Source of the DNA: Macrostomum hystrix
Taxonomy: Eukaryota > Animalia > Platyhelminthes
DNA: 64,000 bases
Direction of reading: 5' to 3'
NCBI GenBank assembly: GCA_950097015.1
Contig: CATNEN010000024.1
Location: 2,790,001 to 2,854,000 of the forward strand
Shown: one piece after another, positions 47,922 through 59,375 of the stretch
Layout of the letters: each line of letters starts with the position of its first letter
Numbering within the stretch: position 1 is the first letter of the stretch
The notes under the pieces: generated by a model
Database searches by the model: none
Told to the model about the DNA's origin: nothing
What the model saw: only the letters and a program-made list of their open reading frames with translations
Program-made: the position numbers and the translations under genes

Positions 47922-50900
47922 CTAGCAGCAGCCGCCGCTAGACGACTTGACTGGCTGAGTGCCGGGGCTAACTTTGATAGCCGGCTTCTGTTGCTGGGCA
48001 TTGCCAACTGGCCCCATCCTAGATTTGATTTCGGAGGCCATGGACATGAAGGCCTGCTCAACGTTGGTGGAGTTTTTGGCGCTAGTCTCAAGGAACACAA
48101 TGCCGAGTTTGTCCGCGTACTCTTTAGCAGTGGCGAAGTCAACCACCTGAATTGGAAGGGCAACGGAAGAAGTTCTAGGGATTGCTTATCCAGGTACAGA
48201 AAGAAACAGTCTGCAAAGACAGACAGAATACAGTCTGCAAAGACAGACAGGCACAGCCAGATAACAGACTGCAAAGATGTTATCAATCACGTCAAAACAA
48301 AACAATACATTTTTTGTAAAACGAAACAAATATTTTTTTTGCGTCTCAGTCAATGTGTCAGAAAAGAGAACAACAAGAAACCACAAACACTTTGAACTAG
48401 CTATAACCTCATTTGGAATCGTATGAAAGCTATTTCAGACCCGAAGGAAACAAATATAAACATAGTTTAAGCAAGAGTCAAATTAGCAAAAGTGGAGTGC
48501 AAACTACGCGTTTGGTTACAGCAAAAATAGTGATATAGTGAGCACACAACGTGCACAATAACAATAGGAAAGTGGGTTTAAACGTTGTTGATAATATAAA
48601 ATAAATGGAAAGAAACAGCTGGTAGTCTGGTCCTATTGATTGTTCAATCCGGTCATCTCACCTTCTTAGCCGTCAGGTCGCACTTGTTGCCAACTAGCAA
48701 TTTGTTAACATTATCAGAAGCGTAGCGTTCAATCTCCTGTAGCCAGTTTTTGACATTGTTGAACGACTCCTGGTCGGTGACGTCATAGACAACGATGATG
48801 CCGTGTGCGCCGCGATAATAGGAGGATGTGATGGTGCGAAAGCGTTCCTGACCGGCTGTGTCCCAGATCTGCGGTTGGACAGAAATTTTTTGTGAAAATT
48901 AAGTTTGATTTTTTAGATTAGACAGAAATGACACATTGACAGCTGACAAAGCTGGGCAATATGTACAACCAATGGGACAGCTCTCTCTCTGTGCAGCTTT
49001 TCCAAAAGCAGTCAACTGATGTTCAGTCCATGGACTGAGAGGCTACCACACTGACACATCCACCAATCCGAGGTCAATCCTCTAACCGAACCGATCCCCC
49101 ATGGTACCATGGAAAGAACTGGCGTGAGATGTCTCGGCGTTTCTTTTCTAGTCGACTGATTTCAGTTGGTTCGGTTCGAGGATAAGGGTATTTTATCCTT
49201 TCTACCCAGCTGATTCTGATACGCATTTTACAGCGGAGTGAACTGAGAACTAATTAGCCATAATAATAGTACTGTTCCGTCACTTACCCCCATCCACAGC
49301 AGAAGATTACATACAGTAACTCTCAAAGGAAACTAGTTTACAATAATTTGACTGTACTACCATTTAATCTGCTGAATAAGCTGAATCCTTCCTTTACATA
49401 ATGCTCCTCTATTAGGTACTTTAACTTAAAAGTTGTTAGATCATGCAAACATACGGTATATACTATCGTCGTGATATAAAGATACAAAAAACAAAGCATA
49501 CCTGTAGCTTGATAGTCTTGCCATCTAGATCAATAGTGCGAATCTTGAAGTCCACACCAATGGTGCTAATGTAGCTCTCTGTGTAGGTGTCATCAGCGAA
49601 TCTTAGCAGTAGGCAGCTCTTGCCAACACCAGAGTCACCAATCAGCAGCAGTTTAAATAGATAATCACTAAAATGTTAATAAATTTTTAACACATATGCT
49701 CGTAGATAACAATGATAGTAGAGTATGCACTTGTAAATTAATAAGATACATCATTCAGTAGTTAATTAAGCAAAGTAGCAGTTAATAATTAATAATTAAC
49801 TAGAAATTAATAATTTAGTTTACTATGTTATGTTTTGCATTAATAGTAATACTGTGCATTTCAAGTTTATTTGTAAATTATAATTACGAGTATAATAATT
49901 GTTCTAGCTGAAGATTTACTTTATATAATTTCTATGAAACATACATTTTATCTTATCTTAATTCCCCAATTATCAGCCTCTTGATTTTCATTGAATGTGC
50001 TGGAGGTAATTAATTTTCTAAACATACCACTACTAGCCATCTCACTATATTATGCAAGTAACCAAAAGTGAGGCAGAAAAGAGCTATATATTTGTTTTTC
50101 CATACCAAAAAGCCTTTGTTTTTCATTGCAATGCATGAAAAGGCACATATTGTTTGGGAACTAAGCCTTGGCTGCACAACAAGATAGCCAAGCAGCTGGG
50201 TTCTAACCATCAAAATTTCAAGAAGTTGCTCCTGCAAGTAGAAGTATCTTACTTGCTCCTGATGCAAGTAGGATACAAAAGCAGCATTAACACCTGAAGT
50301 TTAGGTTGGTGTTGCATCAGATTGATTGATTGAGCACCCCCAAAGCCCCCTCAAAAGGAGGATCTATGCTCAGGGAAGGTAGATATACAGTAATGCTGAG
50401 ATGGGAGACAGTGAAGGATAAAGCAGGCAAGTTATCACCCCAAGATGTGCTGAGTCTGACTAGCTTGATGGATAGCCACCTTGTGACAGCACTGCAGAAT
50501 GAAAACTAACTTTCCTACACCTTAGGCCTAGCATTCTGCATTATGTGACAGTCTCACTTTTTGAATCATTTTTTATAAAATTTTCATGCTGAAATCAGAA
50601 TTTTTGTCTCTTTAACTTCCATGAAAATGTTTCTATTCTTGAAGCAATAGAAGCAGCATTCATCTAGATTATTCTTTTCTAAAGAATGTTCTGTAGGTTT
50701 TTCATTTTATTTTTTTAATTTAGGGTAGCAATCTGATTTATTTGCAGCTAACTTACTATACAACTGCACTTTAATCAGGAATCAAACATATATTTGTTGC
50801 TTTCTTAAGCATAACTTGATTTATATAATGATGATTATTTAGTGTTAAAAACACTGCCTGAGATATTCCTGTTTTAAGTTGGTTTCATAATACTTATAAT

Positions 50901-51043
50901 TCTTTTTATATGCTTACAATTGTATTGAACACATAAAACTCTTTTTTAAAGACCTTTACAAATTCTAGCCCGATTTTAACTACTCACAAGCTTTAAAATA
51001 AATTGTACATTAAAATGATTTGTACTTACTACTCAGGAGTCAT
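47922..51043 (-). CDS. RAB1A: Ras-related GTPase Rab1
   Basis: Exons 51043-51030 (MTPE/Y), 49667-49502 ([55 protein letters not shown]), 48868-48662 ([25 protein letters not shown]...[21 protein letters not shown]) and 48146-47922 ([24 protein letters not shown]...SSGGCC). All junctions are GT-AG and in phase. Geranylgeranylation CC end. Confidence 0.97.
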
Positions 51044-51923
51044 TCTTTCCAATGATGAGTACTAACTTGCCTGTAAAATGAATAATTGAACAGTTATTTA
51101 GATCAAGCGGTCTTATATTATAGTGAAGCCTGAAGCGTAGGGATTACAAGGTACAACGCTGAAGCCTTATAATTTCCTTAAAGCTATTGAAAGGGTTAGT
51201 AAACAATTATTCAGCAACTGTGACTAAATATTATTCGATTTATTGTGAAAACAAAGGTTTAATAATATATTAACTCCTTGGCTTAATCGAAGATATTTAG
51301 ACTGATATATTTTATATTTAATTATGTACAACTTTGAATACAATAGAATTTAAATCGTTTTAAAAGCTGTTTAATTATTTTATAACAAAAGTTGTAAGAA
51401 AATAGTTAGAAAATAATGTACTTCTGACATGTTTCTTTTATATCAGTTCATTTATACGAACTTGTTTTAACTTTAGCATGACATGTAAAATAACGAAATA
51501 TTTTTTTAAGTGTTAAGCGTCTCCATTGCGTTGACAGTTGACTATACTACTCGTACTTCATTCCATTAGAAATATGAGGTCACCAAATCGGCAAGCTAAG
51601 ATTTTGCACATTTGCACTCTCTACAGTATAATATTTTACATCTAGTCTAGTGCACCGCGCAGAACTTTTTATGAATATTATGTCAATTAGTTCTGCGTTG
51701 TTCCAAAAATTCTCATCAATATTAAAGGAGATAATATCCTTTGTTTCTTTTTTTATAGAATTACTCCTTTATTAATAACAATTTATATTTTGTATTTTTT
51801 TGCATTGTATAGCAAACTCTTATTAATATAATAAGATAATAATAATATAATTATTAATATATAATATAATCAATTCATGGCCTTATGTATGTAAGTATAA
51901 TTTGCTTATAACTTTCATGTATT

Positions 51924-52474
51924 CGCAATTGTGCAGTTTCCCGCTCTAAATTATTTTCCCCCTTTTTCGAACTTTTCAGATATTAAACAAGTGTAACAAT
52001 GCAAGTTCAAGTTCACGTCCACATGTTCCCACTACAACAGGGTAGTTGTGCATTATCCAGTAGAGGATATTGCCAAACTGGCATTTGGGGAAGGCTCGCA
52101 AAAAAGGAGTCCTTCCTAATCGAGCGGTGCTGCTTACACTCCTTACAGGACCACCGCCAGCCATCGATGCAGTCCATGCCAGCACGGCGTTGGAGCAACA
52201 GGAATGTTGCATGCTTCACACGACCTAGTATTAGCAAGCAGGTGGTGCCGCGCCATCCAACGCATGGCTTCGTCCACATCTGGGACCAGTGTAACCAGTC
52301 CTCGAGGGGTAACATCTAGGTCGCAGAGCATGATGCTGTTCACAACTTCACCTGCCAGAACAATGAACTGCAGTGCTGGAGGTCGGCCAGCCATACTAGC
52401 AGTAGGCCTAAGCCTAGCTGAAAAGTTAGAAAAAAGGGTGAAAATTATTTAGAGCAGGAAACTGCACAATTGCC
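51924..52474 (-). mobile_element. Second non-autonomous Merlin-like DNA transposon with a frameshifted N-terminal transposase remnant
   Basis: Imperfect TIRs of about 56 bp (cGCAATTGTGCAGTTTCCCGCTCTAAA... at 51924-51979; ...AGAGCAGGAAACTGCACAATTGCC at 52418-52474). Minus-strand fragments MRWMARHHLLANTRSCEAC and DGWRWSCKECKQHRSIRKDSFF match the Zn-finger-like N-terminus of eukaryotic ISXO2/Merlin transposases as I recall it. TSD not cleanly preserved. Confidence 0.8.
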
Positions 52475-54098
52475 ATGTGCAGTTATGTTGCTTGTTGCTT
52501 GTTATGTTGCTACAGAACATTCAGTTGCTATTATGTTGGTAGCAAGTAATTTGTTTCTAAGCAGCAAAACACAATATATGTTCATTACTATTCTATTCTA
52601 TCATTTTATTGGCTCACTGATTTTAGTTTCCAGTCATACTAAGACTCCAATGGGTTAGATTTGCCAAATCTTAATACACTCCTCTCTTGATCTCTTTTAT
52701 GGTATATTTATTCCCCAAATTACACAACTAATAACTCAGTTTTAACTTTTCGATACTTTATATCACACAGTAACAGTGAATTTTTGGCAGGTTCATATTC
52801 TCTTTATTATTTCTCTTTATCATATTATTGGCAGGTTCAATATATTCATATATATATAAAACATGAATATATATAATATTGGGGCAGGGGAGATACAGTG
52901 TATTATATGAGTGTAACAACATGAAAATAAAACAAATCAATTATCAGAGAATTTGAAGCACAAGTTTAAATTGTATTATATAGTAATATTGATATATACA
53001 GATGGATATATATCCACATCCAAACATAGATATATATAGTATTTGGAAAAGGGGAGATGCAGTGTATTATAACAACTTATGGAGATAAAACAAAACAATT
53101 AGATCAGAGAATTTGAGCACAAGTTTAAATTGTATTACTTTATAGTTACATTTAGTAAAACATAGGGTCTAACACAATATTACTGAATTTATGGCAGCCA
53201 TATCCTTAAACTTGGTTGCTGCATTAAATAGCTTTGTAACTTTTTAGGCCTAATCTCACTTTATATCACAAATCACATCATTTAGTTGGCATTTATAGTT
53301 AGCACTTAACTAAGCTAGGCCTAGCTAAAGCAAAAAAATCTTAAGTTAGAAAATAAGCTGTAGCCTATTTCTTTTTTAGCATAAATTTGTTACATTCTAG
53401 TGCCCTAGGCCAAGCCCAAATGTCTATGATATTTGTCAAAATGCTCAAATAGTTAAATAATGCTGTTATATATATCTTGGCTTATATATTTATGCTTTTT
53501 TATTACAATTAGGCATACTTATTAAGTTTAAAAATAGATTTTAGCTAGTTAGTTATATGAAAATATTTTTGTAAGCTTTTATTATCACTATAGCTATAGG
53601 TATTTGTATATTAGCATATCTAATAAGAATATGCCTCTCTAAATTAAGTGTTTATATTTTACTGCTCAGCTACTTAAAATAAACTGGAGTTAGTACACTA
53701 GCTAGCTTCATGGAATATGTATATATTACTACCATCTAATGTAATAATCCATTAATATTAAATTAGAGAACATTATATATTAGTATATTAATACCACAAA
53801 AATGAATAAATGATTAAGAGCAGATGTTAAAGATCTGAATATTTGAGCCCAAGGGATACAGTTTCTGTCATTAAACAAGATAATCAATTCACTAATGCTC
53901 CACTTTATATAACTGAAACAAAGGAGACAGGAGTCAAACTTAAAGTTGCTAGTGTTAGAAACCAAAATCAAAATGATCAAATGTTCTAACTTTATTTCAG
54001 ACACTAAATTACCAGTCCTGCCTGTCATTAACACTGCTGATCAGAATATAGACAGTCATAACTAGAAGGCTTAAACTTATTATTCAGAAGCCTGAAAC

Positions 54099-55490
54099 AT
54101 GTCTGCTGATGCTACCAAATCAAAGCCACAGAAGCAGAAAGCCGAGAAGAAGCCACATGAGAAGCAGCAAAAGCCACAGTCTGCTCCAACTCCAGCGTCT
54201 GGTGGCCCCAGTCAGGCTCAACTTCGTGCTGAGCGTCGGGCTATTCAAGAGCAGCAGAGGGCGGCCAAATTGCTGAAGCAGCAGGCTGCAGCTGCAGCGC
54301 CTAGCAACAAGCAGGCCTCTGATGGTGATGCTAACAAAAAGCCAATGAAGCACAATCAAGGTCCAAAGCCCCAAGAGCCAAATATAACTTCTGTGACAGT
54401 CCAGCCTCCTAAAACTTCAGTTCCGACACGAGTGACGCAGCCCATCGATGACAATGTCCAGCAGCATGTGGGCACTAAAAAGAAGGCGCAGAAAACAGTT
54501 GACGCAGTGTCGGGTCCGCCTTTGCCCAGCTTTTTTCGTCACCTCGTGGCACCAACTGACGCCGAGGAGCTAACTAACAACCTTTATAGTGAGAGCTTTG
54601 CTCAGAGCCAAATTGAGGCGACATTCATCCAGCTGTCACTGATGGTGGCACACGAGCAGCTGCAGGGTCCAGCTGCCAGGTGTCTGGGACTGGCTCGCGC
54701 TCTGCGGCAACTGCTCTGCTCCGTGCCAGCTCAGGATTTGCCGCGCCTAATCAAACCAATGCTAGATCCCAATATGAGGCTGCTTCGCTCGGCCAAGCCG
54801 CCGACAGTTATGGAGACCTTCCTAGAGCAGAGCTTGGCCAGCTGGGTGCAAGAGGGGGGCGTCTTTGCCGACGACTCAGATCACTGGCTGTTGGACAGAA
54901 TGACAAAATTTGTTGACGATCAGATAGATAAAGCCAGAATTACTATGCAAGAGTACCTGGTATCCAAGATTAACAAGGGCGATGCTGTCATGCTTTATAG
55001 GCCGTCGAGTTTGATATTCGAATGCCTGGAGCAGCTCTTACCCAAGGAAATTAGCATCATCCTGCTGGACTCACCGCCCCACTGGGAGGGTCAGGCATTT
55101 CTAAAGCGACTGCGAGCTCATCCCGGCCTACTGAAGTGTCCAGTTCGCTACGCAATGCTTTCAGCGGCACCCAGTCTGTTGTCTGACACCAGCAAACTCT
55201 TGTTAGATGGCCAGGCGCTAACAGCTAATGGCAATATACTTGCACCTGTGGGTACCGCTTACCTGGCTAATGTTGCCTGGTCGCATCGGATACCCTGCCT
55301 AGTGCTGTGCTACGCCTGCCAGACCTGGGATCAGGTGCTAATTGACTCGGTATCTTACAATGAACTAGGCCGAGTTGGCAGCAATAGCCAACTATGCAAT
55401 ATCCAGTACGATCTGACGCCTGGTGATTTAGTCACCGCTCTCATTACTGAGCGCGGAATTTTGCCGTGCACTGGCACACTACCCCACTGA
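54099..55490 (+). CDS. EIF2B4: Translation initiation factor eIF2B delta subunit (divergent; true C-terminus uncertain)
   Basis: A 463-aa single ORF with the eIF2B-delta N-terminal K/Q-rich region (SQAQLRAERRAIQEQQRAAK), GP.ARCLGL, and a Rossmann-like IF-2B domain (SKINKGDAVMLY, LLDS.P.WEG, ALTANG....VGTA.LA.VA, NELG, IQYDLTPGDLVTALITERGILPC). Confidence 0.85.
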   Translation: MSADATKSKPQKQKAEKKPHEKQQKPQSAPTPASGGPSQAQLRAERRAIQEQQRAAKLLKQQAAAAAPSNKQASDGDANKKPMKHNQGPKPQEPNITSVTVQPPKTSVPTRVTQPIDDNVQQHVGTKKKAQKTVDAVSGPPLPSFFRHLVAPTDAEELTNNLYSESFAQSQIEATFIQLSLMVAHEQLQGPAARCLGLARALRQLLCSVPAQDLPRLIKPMLDPNMRLLRSAKPPTVMETFLEQSLASWVQEGGVFADDSDHWLLDRMTKFVDDQIDKARITMQEYLVSKINKGDAVMLYRPSSLIFECLEQLLPKEISIILLDSPPHWEGQAFLKRLRAHPGLLKCPVRYAMLSAAPSLLSDTSKLLLDGQALTANGNILAPVGTAYLANVAWSHRIPCLVLCYACQTWDQVLIDSVSYNELGRVGSNSQLCNIQYDLTPGDLVTALITERGILPCTGTLPH

Positions 55491-56894
55491 ATTGACTTTG
55501 GCAGCCGTACTCCAGCTGTTTGTTGTCTCTTGGATTTCGGTTCCCCTTGTTCTGTCCTTCATTCGTAAATAGTCGTAGGTCATGAGAATGCGTTACTGAA
55601 GTTGAGATTTATCGATGCAGTTAAAGCACGACTATCTAAAAATAAAATTAAACAATCACCTTCGTAAGTTAAAAAGATAGACAGAGGCGATGTGCTTTTT
55701 TGATGAAATTGATACTTGATACTTGACGTAGTAATTTCCTAACATGTATTAAAAAACAATTAGTTCATTTCTTACGAAGAAACTGAATGCGAAAATGTTT
55801 GAGACATTAAAATCTGTGTATCGGCCGTTATCCCCTGGCTACGCCACTGGATTTATGCTTCAAGTTTTTAACAACTTCCATTCGGCTATTGTGTCAGCTT
55901 TTTTATGCTTTCTCATTTAAGATTATCTCCTTTGTTTACCATTGTAAAATGGGAGAGTGAGCTGGATAATGTATTTCATTTTTTTCATGCAGCTTTTTAG
56001 CTGGATTTTGCGATTGTTTGTTGCTATACTAAATCATATTTCTACAAGTATATAAAGACTCAGTGGAAATTCTAGCACCAGTTGTCTAGGGCCTCCTGGA
56101 TTTCTCTCTTACATTTTTGGCCTTCCCGTGAATATTATATAGGCCTCCGTTGCTAATAACCCATGTTACCATATTAAGAGGTTCTTATCCAATTTACTGA
56201 ACTATTGAGCTGGTTTGTCTAAGTGTTCTTTTATTTTTCCTGTCTAATATATAAACTACAATGCTCTGTAGAGTTTGATGTGCATTGGTTAAATGTCAAG
56301 TCGTTAGACTTTGAAAGAAGAAAAATATCACACTTCCTTGGTGTGTCCATAGTTCATTTATTGATAAGAGACATGTGGCTTCCTTTAACTTTTAATAATA
56401 ATTGTGTCAGTTTACTAAGCTTGCTACTTGATTTAGTAGTACTCGTATAGACCGTAGTTTCAACACAACTAACTATCCTTTGCTTGAACATCAGTTCGCA
56501 GGTTCAGATATGTTTTTTTCTGGACACTTTTTTAAATAATTTCCAAAAGCCAGTTTTTTATTAAATAAATTTGGTCGATTTTATGACATAGACGCGATTT
56601 CGTCAAAACCTCTAGGTCATACGGCTCCACAAACAAAGCAGGCTTGGCCCTTCCCAAGGCACTGTGATACCTGCTATTAGAAGCGTTGGTGAGACAACAC
56701 ACCTGACAACATCATAACGATGCATGCAGCTGCAAAGAACAAGTAGCATTTTTCCTACTACAGCACGCGATCCTTCTCTAGCTGCCTCTGATATTGACAA
56801 GAGTAGCTACTTTCTCACTGGTAGTGAATCTCGTATAGTGTAGCTTAGTGTGAAAACTTTTGTGACAGTCCGATTCATTTTATACAAATGACTG

Positions 56895-57205
56895 CGATCG
56901 CATTGTAGCCTAGTGGTTTGAGCGTTGGACTCATGACTTGAAAGTCGGGGGTTCGTTTTCCGGCTCCACAGGAACAGTTTGCATCATTTAGCAAGACACT
57001 TAACCCTGCATTACTTCAGTTCACTCAGTTTAATGGGTACCAACATTATCTGGGGTAATTGACGGTGGGTGTTGCGTCTTCCCAGTCCATGGACTGAACT
57101 GCTGTACGCAGCCTTCAGATGCGTCGCGCAAATGCTGCGGCTGTGCTGTCGGCTGCACATCTGGCCCAATCAGAGTAGGTGTAATCGGTTGATTATTAGT
57201 TAATT
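56895..57205 (+). mobile_element. CORE-like SINE family B, full-length copy
   Basis: TGTAGCCTAGTGGTTTGAGCGTTGGACTCATGACTTGAAAGTCGGGGGTTCGTTTTCCGGCTCCA (tRNA head with A/B boxes). GCAAGACACTTAACCCTGCATTACTTCAGTTCACTCAGTTTAATGGG resembles the MIR CORE consensus (GCAAGTCACTTAACCTCTCTGAGCCTCAGTTTCCTCATCTGTAAAATGGG, recalled). Then AGTCCATGGACT and an AT-rich tail. Confidence 0.88.
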
Positions 57206-58571
57206 AGAATATTTATGGATACACATTATACCGCTAGTAGAAGTCTCGAAATTGAACTGTCACATGTTTTTTTGTTTTATCCGACAAATGTAAATTCGAG
57301 AACTACACCATAACCAGCGATTATTAAACAACACAGCTTTACATTCGTGCATTTTGCACATTTTCTGCATGCTATTAAAAATTAGTTACACAAAACTCGA
57401 AGTGTAAGGTCCTGTGTGGATAAGTCGTATTTGACAATAAATTTCTGGTACGACCATATAGAAGCTTAAAAAATTATAAAACAATTAACTAGCTTTAATA
57501 GAATGCGTTCGAAGCATATCGGGCTACAATTATTGACAGTATGGGACTATCAAGCGCTTTTTTATATACTCTTACTAAGGGGTGAATTAAAAATATTATT
57601 TGGCAGCGCCCGAAGCGTTTGGTGGTGACTGATTGGTTGACAGACTAGACGAGGGTGTACTGTGGTTGAGCTGCGCCTAGTATTTTGGTTTGATCAGTGA
57701 AATTGGAGAAGTTCGCGTCAGGTTATCCATAGTGGGCTAGGATTCGGGTGACATGCTGATCAATTTTGAAGGCCTCGTAAGGCTGCACTCAGGCGCAGTG
57801 CTATAATTCTTGAATAGTGGTGTATGAAATACACAAGCGCTTACGGGAAAAAAACTGATCTTCGGGCAGAACCATTGAATATTTCGACGGTCTAAAGGTC
57901 TGGCGAATTGATTCTTGTTTCAGAAGATGCGCAACATCGTCTGAGTTTTCTAAGTTTCGTGTGCTTGCGTTGCTCCGTTCGGGTGCAGCAAAAAATGATC
58001 AGGGGGGAATTCCCCCCTTTGGTAGTTCTACTGTTAATAGTCTGAACTAGCAACTTCCCTTATAAATAGCACATCATATTTTAGCAAACCTCTCTGAGTT
58101 CAGGTGCGCAATCGACGCGCTCTTTGCCTGCGCATAATATTCATAATCATCGAAATAAGCCTGCAGCATATTGGCTACATTCGCATCTAGCAGCCGTTAT
58201 TTGATAGGCCTATTAGTGAGGCTTTTCTTCGTATATGCTGCACGATCGTGACATCGCATGCCTGTTGCGAATCAGTTTTTATAACCGAAGATGCTGCGCG
58301 ACCGGCGCAGGTAAATTGTTACCCCCGCTGCAGCTGATTGCTAATAATAGCGCGAGCATTCTTTATGCGGTTTGTTTGGTCAGTAAAAAACAACACTTAC
58401 TGCTTATTCGCAGTCCGAGTTCTGGAAGTTATATGTTGTTTTTTATTCCGTCGAAATAAATCGATCCCTTCATTCAAATAAACGCTGTTTTGTACTTTTA
58501 ACAGGCAAGTTTGATGCGCTCAATTAGAATTTTAATGCGCCCTTTCTATGTGAAAGTTGTGGGTCCGTCCC

Positions 58572-58760
58572 ATGGGGCTTGTCGTGCAATTTATGCCATT
58601 AAGGGCCAACCTCCAAGGCACAGTGAAAGTGTACACTATACCTGTGTGAGTGTGTGCCTGCGTACAGTATCTGTGTCGCTCAGGAGTCAGCGAAATGAGC
58701 AGAATTGCCTCCTCGCTGTCTGGGTCTAGTGTCACCAAATGATGTGCCATTGCCCGCAGC
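58572..58760 (+). mobile_element. SINE family A, 5'-truncated copy (body and tail)
   Basis: GGGGCTTGTCGTGCAATTTATGCCATTAAGGGCCAACCTCCAAGGCACAGTG...GCAGAATTGCCTCCTCGCTGTCTGGGTCTAGTGTCACCAAATGATGTGCC matches the other A copies. Confidence 0.85.
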
Positions 58761-59084
58761 CCTCCTGCAATAAAATAATAATAATAGTGCTTGTAACGTT
58801 GCACATATTCGATCGTAGAGTTGAACGTTGTTTTATTGAAAAATTGGTTCCAACTGAGACAGCTGTTATCGAGTGTCAGCTTGAATAACGACACATCACG
58901 GGCCTGCTCCGCCTGGCCTTCCAAATTTATTTAGGCATTGAGATCATTGAGCCACTGTCGAACTTTTCTAACGTTTTAATTTGAGTTTTTCAATCAATAA
59001 GACTAAATAAGAGTAGGCGTTCGTTGCTATTCACCATATTCATATTAGTCAGTCAGTCAGTTAGTAAGGTGACTAATTATTCAA

Positions 59085-59145
59085 GTGGAGACGGGAATCG
59101 AACCCCAAACCTTAAAGTCGTAATTTTTTGACGCTCTAAACCCTT
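59085..59145 (-). mobile_element. SINE family B tRNA-like head fragment
   Basis: Minus strand GGTTTAGAGCGTC...ACGACTTTAAGGTTTGGGGTTCGATTCCCGTCTCCACT aligns with the B-family head. Confidence 0.6.
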
Positions 59146-59257
59146 CACATGACAGTCACAAAACAAAAAAATCTCAAGTAATTCAGATCAACCAGTTTTA
59201 TAATGAGTATATCAGGTCAGTGCGGCTGTGGCACTTGCTGCATACATCTAGTGAAGT

Positions 59258-59375
59258 ACCCCCAAGCCTTCTCTCCGCGGCTGCGCCCCAAATGAATTTG
59301 GCCTCGCCGCGGAATCGAGCTCAGGGACCTTGGTGCGAGAGGCAAACGCGTTAGCCGCTCTGCCAACCACCCCTA
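59258..59375 (-). mobile_element. SINE family A head fragment
   Basis: ccaagccttctctccgcggctgcgccccaaatgaatttggcctcgccgcggaatcgagctcagggaccttggtgcgagaggcaaacgcgttagccgctctgcca matches the heads at 16.5 and 21.9 kb. Confidence 0.85.

Noticed and set aside
52882-53137. Diverged tandem duplication of about 95 bp (two copies about 165 bp apart) upstream of eIF2B-delta
   Set aside because: An ordinary AT-rich local duplication with no functional signature.
56895-56970. tRNA genes (also near 16.6, 22.0, 25.7, 59.1, 59.3 and 63.7 kb)
   Set aside because: A/B boxes are present but there is no complete cloverleaf, and each continues into a shared SINE body. These are SINE heads.
57600-58000. Minus-strand frame with long open stretches broken by several stops (possible pseudogene)
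   Set aside because: I recognised no homologous family, so it cannot be supported without a database search.
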